Assembly (NCBI RefSeq): GCF_001194135.2
Contig: NC_068985.1
Location: 80,850,778-80,914,777, forward strand
DNA: 64,000 nt
Direction of reading: 5' to 3'
From: Octopus bimaculoides
Lineage: Eukaryota
How positions within the stretch are numbered: the stretch's first letter is position 1; each line of letters begins with the position of its first letter. The translations under genes were made by a program, and so were the position numbers. Below, piece by piece: positions 41,372 to 54,109 of the stretch. The notes beneath the pieces are model-generated. The model did no database searches and had not been told where the DNA came from. It saw only the letters and a list, made by a program, of their open reading frames with translations.

Positions 41372-41776
41372 GGAGGCGCAATGGCGCAGTGGTTAGGGCA
41401 GTGGACTCGCGGTCATGGGATCGCGGTCATGGGATCGCGGTTTCGATTCCCAGACCAAGCGTTGTGAGTGTTTATTGAGCGAAAACACCTAAAAGCTCCA
41501 CGAGGCTCCGGCAGGGGATGGTGGCGAACCCTGCTGTACTCTTTCACCACAACTTTCTCTCACTCTTACTTCCTGTTTCTGTTGTGCCTGTAATTCAAAG
41601 GGTCAGCCTTGTCACACTGTGTCATGCTGAATATCCCCGAGAACTACGTTAAGGGTACACGTGGCTGTGGAGTGCTCAGCCACTTGCACGTTAATTTCAC
41701 GAGCAGGCTGTTCTGTTGATCGGATCAACTGGAACCCTCGACATCGTAAGCGACTGAGTGCCAACAAAACAAACAA
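41372..41776 (+). mobile_element. tRNA-derived SINE family B
   Basis: A-box-like tggcgcagtggttagg, B-box-like ggtttcgattccc and a (CAA)-rich tail. 14-bp internal duplication at ~41407-41440. Confidence 0.8.
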
Positions 41777-42055
41777 TGTAGCTACACAACCACGTACACT
41801 ATATTTCAATGTGTAGTATGATTCAATGAGTGAATTCAGGGTATTCTCATTGAAACTAATTCAAGGTGCATGTATTTGATTTATTGGGATCAGTTCAATA
41901 GACTATACCCCAAATGTGTGACCTTCTGCTAATGTGGGAAACCCTAGGTTCCAAAGATTTTTTCAGATTACAGATTTTCCCAAACCAGGGATTGTCACCT
42001 TGGTCAAAACCCTCTAAATTAAACAAAATATTAAATTTACCTAAATAATTAGGGT

Positions 42056-42455
42056 ACAAGTATGGCTGTGTGGAGGGCACAAGCATGACTGTATGATAAG
42101 TGGGTTCAGTCCCATTGTGTGGCTCCTTGGACAATTGTCTTCTCTTATAGTCTTGGGCTGACGAAAGCTTTGTGAGTGGATTTGGTAGATGGAAACTGAA
42201 GGAAGCCCATTGTATATGTGTCTGCGTGTGTGTGTGTGTGTGTGTGTTTGTCTACTACCACTACTTGACAATCAGTGCTGGTGTGTTTAGGTCCCCGTAA
42301 CTTAGAGGTTCAGCAGAAGAGACCAATAGAATAAGCACTGAGCTTCAAAAAACAAAAAAAGTACTGGGGTTGATTCATTTGACTAAAAATTCTTCAAGGC
42401 AGTGCCCCAGCATGGCCACAGTCTAACAACTGAAGCAAATGAAAGAAAGGAATGA
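42056..42455 (+). mobile_element. SINE family A copy, plus strand
   Basis: Reverse complement of the 3901 layout. Half copies at 13975-14105(-), 29345-29490(-), 31713-31860(+), 36779-36935(+) and 40900-41060(+). Confidence 0.75.
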
Positions 42456-43026
42456 AATGAAATACAGATACCTGTACATCGGTGTAAATTACTGTGGATT
42501 ATAAGAGGTTTCAGATCATCAGTGTCAAGGAAGTTGATCTCTTTCTGTATCATTCTTGTTACATAGAAAGACATTGTTAATGAGTTGTATTGCAGTTTCT
42601 GTTAACTTTCACTTCTTAATTTTGACTACATTAATTAATTAGGACTAAATGAACAACAGATAACAAAATCACAAATAAATAAATAAATAAACAAACAAAA
42701 TGAAAGTTGGTAGGTAGAGAAGGAGAGAAAAGGTAAAATAAGAAGAGCAATTGTAAAATAAGTTTCCCCCATACCTTAGTACATATGACTGTTGTTTACT
42801 CATATAACTTAGAATTCTTATGACATTTTCATAAAGGTCACTTGCATAAGTCAAGTGGAGGTCAAAAAGTCACTGATTCTTCATTGATTTCAACAATACC
42901 TTCTTGTACACACACAAATATAACTCAAATTAATACACATTCATACATAAAATGCACATACATATATATACACACTTACAAACACAAATAAATGATATAG
43001 ATGCACTTTTCAATATAAATTATATA

Positions 43027-43080
<54 letters not shown>

Positions 43081-43749
43081 AGCTATAGGTGTGTATATGC
43101 ATCAAATTATATATATAAATGTAGGTATTGATGTATACATACACTCCTGCACATACATATGCATACTTACAGACAGACAGGTACTGTATACACTATCACA
43201 TCTTTGTGTGTACATTTTTTTTATATGTTCACTAAATATTAGACTTGCACATACTTATGTACATACTTACTCTGTGTGTGTGTATGTGTATATTAATTAT
43301 CTGCATGTATTATATATGTATGTATATATATGTGTGTGTGTGCGCGTGTGTGTTTATAATGTGTGTATGTGTAATATAAGAGTGAGGGACAGAATATCTC
43401 CCTTAGAAATAAATATTTCTAGCATTTTACACAACTATGATAAGTTGGCAGTTTCTTGACATTTTCTAAAAGGTTGTTGTTTATATTTGTGTGGAGGAAA
43501 TACTTACTGTCTCCTTTTGTTTGTAACATAATCTAAAAGACCATTTTGAAATGTCTTTATTGCACTACAATTTTGATAGGCAACCCTTTAAATACTAATG
43601 AGAAATTAATTGTATACAAAAAGGAATAGTTTGAATATAAAATATTTCAAACCAAAAAATCTACAACTACTACAACAAATACAATAATAAAAAATTAATT
43701 ATTAGTTAAAATAATAATATTTTCAATAATAATAATAATGATGATGATG

Positions 43750-43793
<44 letters not shown>

Positions 43794-44694
43794 TCTTTCT
43801 ACTATAGGCACAAGGCCTAGAATTTGAGGGGAAGGTGATGGTCGATCACATCAACCCCAGTGCATAACTGGTACTTAATTTATCGACCCTGAAAGGCAAA
43901 GTTGACCTTGATGGAATTTGAATTCAGCATGTAAAGATGGATGAAATACTGTTAATCATTTTGTCTGGCATGCTAATGATTCTGTTAGCTTGCTACCTCA
44001 TTAATAATAATAATGGTTTCAAATTTTGGCCCAAGACCAGCAATTTTGAGGGAGTGGGTAAGTGGATTACATCAACCTCTGGTACTTATTTTATCAACCA
44101 TGAAAGGATAAAAGGCAAAGTTGACCTGTGTGGAGTTTGAACTCAGGAAATAAAGAATTTGAAGAATGCTTAAATATTCTGTTCAATGCACTCACACCAC
44201 CAATACCACCATACTTCCACTCCTGTATACCCCTATATATAGACGTATACATCTTTCTACAAAACTTTATTAGCATTAAAGGAAAACAACTGATAAAGGC
44301 CTGAAAAAAAAAATTAATCAGAGAGTGGTCTATTATCTCTGTCAAGAGTTTCTGGCAATATTTTATTTCCTGTCTGCCTCCTCTATACGTTTTTGTGTAG
44401 ATTTCTTTCATCCAATACCAAATATAAAGCACTTCTCCAAGTTAACTGATTACAGTTGTTCAACATCTCCACTGTCGGTTGACACAGTTGTCAATTATGG
44501 CACATGACTGTCACTATGTAAACCTGATGATTGTGTAATGCATGACAGTACTATTTTATTTCAATATTGTACAATTGTAAAAATTGCAAATAATAAATGT
44601 GAAAATCAAACTAAGTTGGAATTTCATTGATTAATATATTGTTCTATACACAATCATACAAACTTGGATATATATATATATATATAGCATCGCC

Positions 44695-45018
44695 TTACTG
44701 GCACTTGTGCTGGTGGCACGTTAGAAAATCATTTGAGCGAGGTCGTTGTCAGTGCTGCTGGACTGGCTCCTGTGCAGGTGGCACATAGAAAACACCATTT
44801 TGAGTGTGGCCGTTGCCAGTACTGTGTGATTGGCCCTCGTGCTAGTGGCACATAAAAGCACCCACTACACTCTCAGAATGGTTGGCTTTAGGAAGGGCAT
44901 CCAGCTGTAGAAACTCTGCTAGAGCAGATTGGAGCCTGGTGCAGCCATTTGGTTCACCAGTCCTCAGTTAAATCGTCCAGCCCATGCTAGCATGGAAAGC
45001 GGGCGTTAAACGATAAGA
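44695..45018 (+). mobile_element. RTE-type 3' tail element with internal ~60-bp repeats
   Basis: Three ggtggcac/agtggcac units, then ttaggaagggcatccagctgtagaaac...ccatgctagcatggaaagcgggcgttaaacgat. Related tails occur at ~375-525, 19560-19745, 26030-26125, 32270-32412 and 35816-35965 (minus). Confidence 0.6.
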
Positions 45019-45341
45019 TATATATATATATATANNNNNNNNNNNNNNNNNNNNNNNNNNNNNNNNNNNNNNNNNNNNNNNNNNNNNNNNNNNNNNNNNN
45101 NNNNNNNNNNNNNNNNNNNNNNNNNNNNNNNNNNNNNNNNNNNNNNNNNNNNNNNNNNNNNNNNNNNNNNNNNNNNNNNNNNNNNNNNNNNNNNNNNNNA
45201 GAATAAGGGCAGGGAATCGTCAATTAATAATAGAATTAACAATTAACAATTTTGCCAAGTAGTTCAGTATGAAAAAACCTTTATCGGTAAAACCATTTAT
45301 CATCATAAATATACAGGGATTAGCATTGAGTTGCTATATAT

Positions 45342-46705
45342 ACTAGCTGTTGGCCCTCGCGTTGCTCATGTTTTCCATGTTAAAGTTGTTAAGCCCACCT
45401 CTGACCTTGTATTGAAATCTTCTAGGTTCCCTGTGCCAGTTATTACCCATGAAGGTGTTATATCTAGTTCGGCTGGGATTTTATCCGGTTAATGCTTTCG
45501 ACATACTCCTACATACTGGACTGTCTGAAATCGTAGTCAAACTTTTGGTTGTACCTTGACCCATTGAGAGTGATGTTTATTTACTTCTCTCACCTTAATG
45601 CCACCCTCTGTACAAAATTGATCAGCGTGTCCAATCTCAGCAAACTCCAAAGAAAAGTGTTAAGTTTATGTCTTAAAATAGAATCCATGTGACCATTTAC
45701 ATGAAAATATCCCATTGACTGTTAAATCCCAATACATTATATGAATAATCGATATTTCATATGTTGAAGTGCTTAATTTTATTCATGGGTCAATTTTCTG
45801 TAAAATCAGTTCATTATTTTATTCTGAGTGAATTTTGACAATTTCTGTCCTTCACCAGTTTAATTTTAATTTTACTACATGATTCTGACCATAAACTTTA
45901 CCGAAATATCAAATTTCATCAAAATCGGATGAATTCTGGAAAAGGTACGACATAGAATATTAATCCTGTGGGTAATTGCATACAAAAAGCCTATTGATTT
46001 CTTAAAAACCCCCCGCTCATGTGCAATTAGCAATTTTTTGTCAACTCTTCATGCTGGCATCAACTAATGGACATGAACTGTAATCATGTGTAAAGCTTCT
46101 ACAAGATTGATAAGAATGTCTCTAAGGAAATGCTTATTTGCATTTGTGCCCTTTTAAAGCCCTTTTGAAGTAAATAAGCACCTTTACCATCACCCCCACC
46201 ACAAAATTTACCTACATCTCAAATTTCATTAAAATTGGATAAAAAATATAGTTACTGCCAAAATATACAGTTACAGCCAAAATATAAGTTACAGCCCAAA
46301 ATAAAATCCCTATGGGTATTCGCACACAAAAGTCTATTGATTTTATAAAACAACTGCTCAGGTGCAGTTATCGATTTTTTGTGAACGCCATATACTGACA
46401 TCAAATCACTGCCATGAGCTTCGCTCACTCATCGATTTTCATCAAAATTGGGCAAAAAATGCAAAAGCTGCAGGCAAAATAATATCATTATGGTAATTTC
46501 CATTCAAACGCCCGATTGAGCTCACAAAAATCAATGCCAACTGAGCATTATCGAGTTTTCGAAAATTTCCAGCCTTATTTGAACTTCAGGCTATGTGATC
46601 TACCTATGTGCCAAAAATCACAACAGACAGATACCAAACACACACAGACAGACACCATTACACAGTTATTGTTTTGCGGGAGCAACTGTTTTATTGAAAG
46701 CGTAT
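45342..46705. mobile_element. Possible Helitron/Helentron-derived non-autonomous element with internal diverged repeats
   Basis: Starts T|ACTAGCTG after (TA)n, has repeated tttcat(c/t)aaaat(c/t)gg motifs and a ~345-bp diverged repeat, and has acagacag repeats near the 3' end. Confidence 0.4.
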
Positions 46706-47067
46706 ATTGTTGTTAAATGCTTGAAATATGAGAGTAGAAAAACATCCAACAACTGATGAAGGGTCGTTCTTTATGTTGTTTGTTTTGTTTTCCATTTGTG
46801 TCTTTTGTTGTTCGAAAAAATAGTTCATATTCCATGTACTTGTACTTTGTATTTTTTTGTTGTACTTGTTTCATGACGTCCTGTGCCCACATATACATAT
46901 ACATATACGTATAGATGTAAGTATGTACATATACGTATGTACATATGCATATACATGTATATTATTTATATTATTATATGATTGAATGCTATGCATTCTC
47001 TTCCAAGTAAGTTTTATATATCTATCTGTCTATCTATCCCTCTCTCTATGTATGTATGTATATATAT

Positions 47068-47286
47068 ACTCTTTACTCTTTTACTTGTTTCAGTCATTTG
47101 ACTGCGACCATGCTGGAGCACCACCTTTAGTCGAGCAAATCGACCCCGGGACTTATTCTTTGTAAGCCTAGTACTTATTGTATTGGTCTCTTTTGCCGAA
47201 CCGCAAAGTGATGTGGTCATAAACACACCAGCATTGTTTGTCAAGCAATGCTAGGGGGACAAACAGAGACACACACACACACACAC

Positions 47287-47317
<31 letters not shown>

Positions 47318-47481
47318 CATATATACGACGGGCTTCTTTCAGTTTCCGTCTACCAAATCCACTCACAAGGCTTTGGTCGGCCCGAGGCTATAGTAGAAGA
47401 CATTTGCCCAAGATGCCACGCAGTGGGGCTGAACCCGGAACTATGTGGCTGGTAAGCAAGCTACTTACCACACAGCTACTC
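47068..47481 (-). mobile_element. SINE family A copy
   Basis: Near-identical in layout to 3901-4354. Confidence 0.8.
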
Positions 47482-47538
47482 TTGTATATTGAGAATGAGT
47501 GCTCAACACCACCTTGGTGGATACAGATTCTCCATTTG

Positions 47539-47720
47539 TGTATTTTAAGCTAGTTTTGGTTTCATGTTAAGAAATATAACAACAATTATTGAAGCTGATG
47601 CAAAAATTGGTGTTTGTGTTTTTAATCCAAAATGAAGACAAACACCAATTTTTCTATTTGATTGGCTTGAATAATTGTTAAGATATTTCTTAACCTGAAA
47701 CCAATGGTAACCTTAATACA
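47539..47720. repeat. Imperfect ~180-bp palindrome (foldback MITE-like hairpin)
   Basis: ttggtttcatgttaagaaatat..aacaattatt..aagc..aaaaattggtgtttgt pairs with acaaacaccaattttt..gctt..aataattgtt..atatttcttaacctgaaaccaa around a ~20-nt loop. Confidence 0.85.
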
Positions 47721-47781
47721 CAAATAATGTATAAATATATATATGTGTGTGTGTATGTTGTGTGTGTATGTGTGTGTTGTG

Positions 47782-47816
<35 letters not shown>

Positions 47817-47894
47817 TTGAGGGTTAAAAAAATCCAGATGATTAATATGTTTATAGGAATTGGATGATTTGTAAAAGATTTAAAAGGACTAGAA

Positions 47895-48120
47895 TTAACC
47901 CTTTTGTTACCAGCCTGGCTGAAACTGGCTCTGGCTCTAAGTACAAATGTCTTGATTTCATAAGTTTTGAATTACAATCTTCCACCAAACCTTAGTCACA
48001 ATTTAAGTTCCTAACACTAGCTGAATGATAACTAAGTTATTTAACTAAATTCTTTGTTATATTTAAAGTAATTGAAAGAAACACAGCATCTCACAATAAA
48101 TACAGTAATGAAAGGGTTAA
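47895..48120. mobile_element. piggyBac-type MITE family B
   Basis: TTAA|CCCTTTTGTTAC...GTAATGAAAGGG|TTAA. A matching right end (ggtaacaaagggttaa) is at ~29580-29595. Confidence 0.75.
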
Positions 48121-48237
48121 ACACAATTATTTGGTGATCTGGTGCTCTAACCACTTAGACAACTTTCTACCATCATATATCTGTCCATCCATCCATCAAT
48201 CCATTCATCCATCCATCTATATATACATACATACATA

Positions 48238-48612
48238 TTCTTTTACTTGTTTCAGTCATTTGACTGTGGCCATGCTGAAGCACCACTTTTAGTTGAACAA
48301 ATCAACCCCAGGGCTTATTCTTTGTAAGCTTAGAACTTATTCTATGGGTCTCTTTTGCCAAACCACTAAGTTATGGGGACATAAACACACCAACATTGGT
48401 TGTCAAGAGATGGTAGTGGGGACAAACACAGACACACAAATGCATACATACATACATATATATATATTACAGGCTTCTTTCAGTTTCTGTCTACCAAATC
48501 CACTTATAAGGCTTTGGATGACTCAAGGCTGCAGTAGAAGACACTTGTCCAAGGTGCCATGCTGTGGGACTGAATCTGAAACCATGTGAATGGGAAGCAA
48601 ACTTCTTACCAT
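48238..48612 (-). mobile_element. SINE family A copy, more diverged
   Basis: Same head, body and tail order. Confidence 0.75.
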
Positions 48613-48691
48613 GCATCCACATTTGTGTCATGATACATACATATATGCTAGCTGTCACATCCATGCCAGCATGGATGTTAAACAACGATGA

Positions 48692-48725
<34 letters not shown>

Positions 48726-48955
48726 ACATTATATAGGTCATATATAGAGGATATGTAGCGTAGTGGTGTGGATGTCACACTCATGATCTCGAGATAGTGG
48801 TTTCAATTTCTGGTATGGAAATTTATTTGTCATTTACAACAGATCAGTCTATGATACATTTAATGTATATGCATGTAATTTACACATACACACATAGATA
48901 TATACATTCACACATGCTTATATATGCTATGGATGTTTGATAAAATAAGTGACTT

Positions 48956-49262
48956 GTGAGGGTTGAACAAGTTATGTATAAAGATACAGTAAGCAATGAT
49001 TTCAGTGATAAATTTAGTATGAAGGCAGGAGTCCATCAAGACTCAGTCTTCAGTTCATTTCTATTCACCATTAGAGAGAAGTTTGAGGCTGGTTGTCTAT
49101 GGGAAGTCCTATCTGCTGATGATCATGTTCTCATAGTAGACTCTATAGGGAAATTAGAGAGGAAGTTAAAGGAATGGAAGCTAAACCTAGAATCAAGAGG
49201 CCACAGGGTAAACTTAGCAAAGACTAAGGTTTTAGTAAGTAGGGAAGATGACAGGAGGCTGG
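48956..49262 (+). mobile_element. RTE-clade LINE RT fragment
   Basis: FSMKAGVHQDSVFSSFLF...WEVLSADDHVL...LESRGHRVNLAKTKVLV are degenerate GVHQGS and YADD motifs. Confidence 0.75.
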
Positions 49263-50086
49263 TTTTTAGATATGAAGTTTATATTATTCATGGTTCTAAT
49301 ACCTATGTACAAAAACATTTAATGCTGATAAAAGTTTTACCAACACATTATCGTTAAAATCAGAATTTTTAATTCTAACTACTAGGTAGAATCCAAGCCA
49401 AGTGTAATAAAATCAACTGTATACTCTGCAAATAATTCACACCCTCTTCTTGATTGTACATTCCTACAACCAAACGTACACACAACACACACACGCACGC
49501 ACATATACATACATCCATGCACACACACATACATATATGTACACATACATATACATATGTGCATACATACAGATATACAGACACATTTATGCATAACTAG
49601 AGAGATATCTCTGTATACAAAAAAATGCAAATGCATATATTGCAGTATTCCTATGTTTGTACACAATTTCCACATTTTCTCATAAATTCAAGTAAAATTA
49701 ACGTCTACCTATGTAATTATCTTCAACAATTGGTACTATTATTTAGACAATTGGTAAGTTATCTCGATCTTAAGTAAGAAATTTCATTTCATTATTCACA
49801 GTACTCGTTTATATACACCAAAAACATTTAATACTGAAATAAGACCTATCAATTCAGTATAATTAAATTTAGAATTTTAAATTTTATAGCTCATAGAATA
49901 TTTTACACTTTCCATCGTCATCCAAGCCAATTATTGTTAAGAATAAACTGGTGTAATCTGCAATAAATTTTCTCAGTACTTCCTTCTGGAACAAACATGC
50001 CTACAACTATACATAGACACATAAATATAGGCAAACAAATATATACACAAAATATGCACAAACATCTATACATATTACCATATGTG

Positions 50087-50134
<48 letters not shown>

Positions 50135-50861
50135 TACAATTATATGCCTATATCCCTATATTCATATCTTCATACACAAGCTATTTTAATATAAAGTCAG
50201 CTTAACATTTACCTATATAATTGTCTTTGTCTATATATTCTCACATAAACAACATATAATATTCAATTTGTTTAATGATAGTTGCATCTCCATAGTTATA
50301 AAAAAATGCAAATGGCTATTTATACTTGCTTACAAAATGCTCCAAAATAGAAATACCCCTACATTAGTTGCAGAAGATTAATCTGTACATTGCATACTAG
50401 AATAAAACATAAGCTAAACTGTGTAAAAGTATAAATCACAATATATTCTTTAGCAACTATCATTTATTCAACTTAGATCATATTCAACCTCTTTAATCAC
50501 AAATAAATCACATTAATCAAGTATTAATGAAACTAGCTAACATTTCAATACAAGAAATATTTGACAATAATCAGTTGATGTAACCATTAAAGTACATATG
50601 TAAAATTATATGCAACTATTTATTTCATTTTGGGGTAAAAGTGTCAAGACATAAATTACAGAGTACTTAGATATTTAGGTCTCAAAAAAATTTGGACAAA
50701 GAAGTATAAGGTACAGAAAAGTCCTAATTGAATGATGATCAGATGAAATGACAAATCAAATATTAAATGCATCCCTTATTAATAAATTTGAAAGTAAAGA
50801 AAATCATGCAATAAGGGACTCTTTGCATAAAATTAAAAGTATAATAATAATAATAATAATA

Positions 50862-51234
50862 GTTGCTTACTAATCAACTCATCATGCCCATTGGATTCCA
50901 AGATTGTAAAGAAAGAGGAAGTAATATAAAGCAAAAAAAATGCAATCCCTTAAAATTTGAAATAGGAAGAATTTGGAGCATGAGAATACTGAAGGTTGTG
51001 CCTATAATAATTGGTGTGTTGGGAACAATAAGCAAAATATAGACAAATGGTAGAAGGAGATTGGAATAGAATGCCCAGTAGGGCTCCTACAGAAAGTTTG
51101 TCTCAGAATTGTCAGGAGGGTTTTAAGCACTTGAATAACTGCTGGAAACTTGTGGATACGTAAGGTTGCAGGAAGTAACCAGCTACTCACATAAATCCTA
51201 CCAGGAATAAGACTGAATAATCTGAGCCAAACTA
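50862..51234 (+). mobile_element. Second copy of the same R4/Dong-like LINE 3' end
   Basis: Aligns by eye to 19190-19516 (CLLINSSCPLDSKIVKKE...LKFEIGRIWSM...VVPIIIGVLG). Starts right after (TAA)n at 50840-50861 and ends in aaaataattaaataat. Confidence 0.75.
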
Positions 51235-51822
51235 AAATAATTAAATAATATTATCAAGTATTGTGTGATGTATTTAGGTTCAATAATTAGAGAGGATTCA
51301 CCTAATTATATAAAAGACGCTAGTTGGTTACTAGAACAAGTACATTAAATAAATTTTATGACGGCATGATGAGATTCTCTCAGATTCTCTCCTGTTTAAG
51401 AGGGAGCCAGGGAGATCTTTAGAAAACTGTATTTCCAATAGCTCATAGCCATAATAACATTCAAGTATTCTTTCAGTATTTGAGAAAAAGTATGTGTGGT
51501 GATTGTATCTGATTTTAAGTATATTTACATCAAATCATGAAATATTTTTTAGTGTTTTCACCAAGCATTAATAAAATCATTCTAAGTCAGTTTGATTTAA
51601 GAGAGCAAATCTTGAAATTAGTTAAGTTGCAATTATGGGGAATTGCATTTAGTATTTGAGACTCTGTCCCAAAATAACAGAAGTTTGCAGAGACAGAAAA
51701 GAAAAAAAACCTACTGTGTTTGAGAGGAAATATGTGTGTGTGTGTGTGTGTGTATTATACATGCATGTATGTGTATGAACAGATGTGTGTGTGTATCATT
51801 ATCATCATCATTTATCATCCAT

Positions 51823-52086
51823 GTTCTTCAGTAACAGCGAGTGAACCAGGAGAAGCCCAATGCCGAATCCTGTTGGCCACATTGGTTGTTGAGAGTTGTG
51901 GCACAAGAGTTGTACACAGTCAATCCTTTCATCTGGCTAGGTTCAGAGTCCCTTGATCAGGGCTGCCTAGAGTGGGTGCCAGGCCCATTTGGAGCTGGTG
52001 GTGATTGGCAGTGTTCTTCAGCCTGAGAGTCAAATTGCTTGGAAACACAGCCCAAAGCAGGTGGTAAGCTTCATCCAAGGTTAAAT
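51823..52086 (+). pseudogene. Decayed fragment of 28S rRNA 5' region (D1 domain)
   Basis: cagtaacagcgagtgaaccaggagaagcccaatgccgaatcc and gagtcaaattgcttggaaacacagcccaaagcaggtggtaagcttcatccaaggttaaat align to conserved LSU blocks CAGTAACGGCGAGTGAA...GCCGAATCC and GAGTCGGGTTGCTTGGGAATGCAGCCCAAAGCGGGTGGTAAACTCCATCTAAGGCTAAAT, mostly through transitions. Confidence 0.88.
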
Positions 52087-52328
52087 GATACCTTCAAATT
52101 TCATTTCGATTACATTTCAAAGTACAGTTTTGATTAACTGGCAGGATTTCAAAATTTTTTTTTTAAATTTCTTGCTTGTGTTTAATATAACAACATAATG
52201 TTTTCAAATATGCTGACTTACACTGTGGAATTTCCACAAGTCCTGCTAGTCTTACTGATTCTACTACTCTCTAAATAACCACATCATCCTCCTGGTACAT
52301 TTTCTTCCTTTCTGAGACAAATCAATGT

Positions 52329-52705
52329 GGAGGTGCACTGGCCCAGTGGTTAGGGCAGAAGACTCGCGGTCATAGGATCACAGTTTCGATTCCAAGACCA
52401 GGTGTCGTGAGTGTTTATTGAGCGAAAACACCTAAAGCTCCACGAGGCTCCGGCAGGGGATGGTGGCAAATCCTGCTGTACTCTTTCACCACAACTTTCT
52501 CTCACCGTTACTTCCTGTTTCTATTGTGCCTGTAATTCAAAGGGTCAGCTTTGTCACGCTGAATCTCCCCAAGAACTACGCTAAGGGTACATGTGTCTGT
52601 GGAGTGCTCAGCCACTTGCACGTTAATTTCACGAGCAGGCTGTTCCGTTGATCAGATCAACTGGAACCCTCGTCGTCGTAAGTGACGGAGTGCCAACAAC
52701 AACAA
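52329..52705 (+). mobile_element. SINE family B copy
   Basis: Colinear with 41372-41776 along its full length, ending in (CAA)n. Confidence 0.8.
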
Positions 52706-53138
52706 TTACAAATCAATACAAAATGTTAAAATCATGGTCATTTGGGCAAATAATGTTTTTTCTCCTAATCTGCAAGATTGTAGAAATATCCACTCAACAA
52801 GCAAGTACAGCATAGATTAATTCCTGGCTACATTATATTTTTTATAACTAACTAAGATAGTGGTGTGCTTCACAGTCAAGGATGATTTGTTATTATCATG
52901 TACCATGCTTTTGCTAATTGTTTCAAGTACCCATGTATTTATTCACAAGTAGACACCAGCCCTCTCTTGGTCATCACACTCTTGATCCACTGTAACTATC
53001 AGGAAGTGGAAGCTGCAGAGAGAAAGATGTACCAATACTGAAATTGATATTATAAGATGCAAAGTCATGTTAGTTTTTTTGGTGCATGGGAATTACTTAT
53101 GTAATTTCAGTAAAGTTAGTTGCAGACTAATGCAAATT

Positions 53139-53362
53139 TTGACCCTTTTGCATTCAAATTACTTTCTTAAATACAATGCTTATTTATTCACATTGTTTTT
53201 CAATTGATCATGCATTATTTCATAGCTTTCAGATTTCAATACTGTAATTGCTTGTTTTGAGAATGACAGGGTACATGTGAGAGGCCAGATCTGGGCAGTT
53301 TGAACATAAAACATGTAAAATATTTTGGGTAGATATGGCTGGTTTAAATGCTAAAGTGTTAA
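53139..53362. mobile_element. piggyBac-type MITE family A copy
   Basis: ttgacccttttgcattc...aaatgctaaagtgttaa, same interior as 25119. Partial copies also at ~7717-7888 and 14371-14600. Confidence 0.8.
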
Positions 53363-53691
53363 ACATTTCTAAAACGATTATTTACAAATACTTTCAGTTG
53401 GAAACAATTTTCATTTGTCAGTACAATATTGTATGATATTTTAATTTGAAAACACTGAATAATACATTTTCTCACAGAAGGAATTTGCTCATTTATTCAT
53501 TTATTCTATTACTAGTTTTATGAACTGCATATGTTTTGGAATGCACTTTCAGCAGTTTAGTCACCCATATTAACTGCAGTACATATTTCAGCCTGGTACT
53601 TATTTTTACCAATATCTTTTTGTTGAATTGCTAAAAGCACTTCTAATAGCATAAATATATAAACACAGAAACACACTCATACGAATATATA

Positions 53692-54105
53692 CAGGGGTTG
53701 GACAACATAATGGAAACACCTTAAAATTTCAAATAAATTTATTCTAAAATGGGGTAGGACTGCCTTTGCCAGTAATTACAGCTTGAATTCTATGACGTAT
53801 GGACTCGTACAAAGTTTGAATTGTTTCCAAAGGAATTTTTCTCCATTCTTCAGCTAGAACAGTCTCCAGTTCTTGTAGTGATGATGCTGGAGGATATCGA
53901 CTCCTTACTTGTTTTTCCAAAATGTACCATAAATGTCCAATAATATTGAGATCTGGGGACTGTGTTGGCCAGATAAGATGTTCAACTTCACAAGATTGTT
54001 CTTCATGCCATTCAGTAACAATTTTAGCTGTGTGAATTGGTGCATTATCATCCTGAAAGATTGTTTCCCTCCGGAAACAGTTCCACAACTATAGGATGAA
54101 TTTGA
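53692..54105 (-). mobile_element. Tc1-like element copy 1 (C-terminal catalytic region plus one TIR)
   Basis: TA then TIR caggggttggacaacataatggaaacacc from 53692. ORF 53744-54088 reads IFQDDNAPIHTAKIV...WPTQSPDLNIIGHLW...KGSPTPF. Confidence 0.88.
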
Positions 54106-54109
54106 TCAG

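Noticed and set aside
41372-41450. tRNA gene candidates (also 52329, 48765, 17825)
   Set aside because: A/B-box-like heads continue into SINE bodies and do not close a cloverleaf.
44391-44507. Phase-compatible candidate terminal kinesin exon (tttttgtgtag|ATTTC...TGA)
   Set aside because: The peptide has no similarity to a kinesin stalk or tail that I can recognise. Such acceptors occur by chance.
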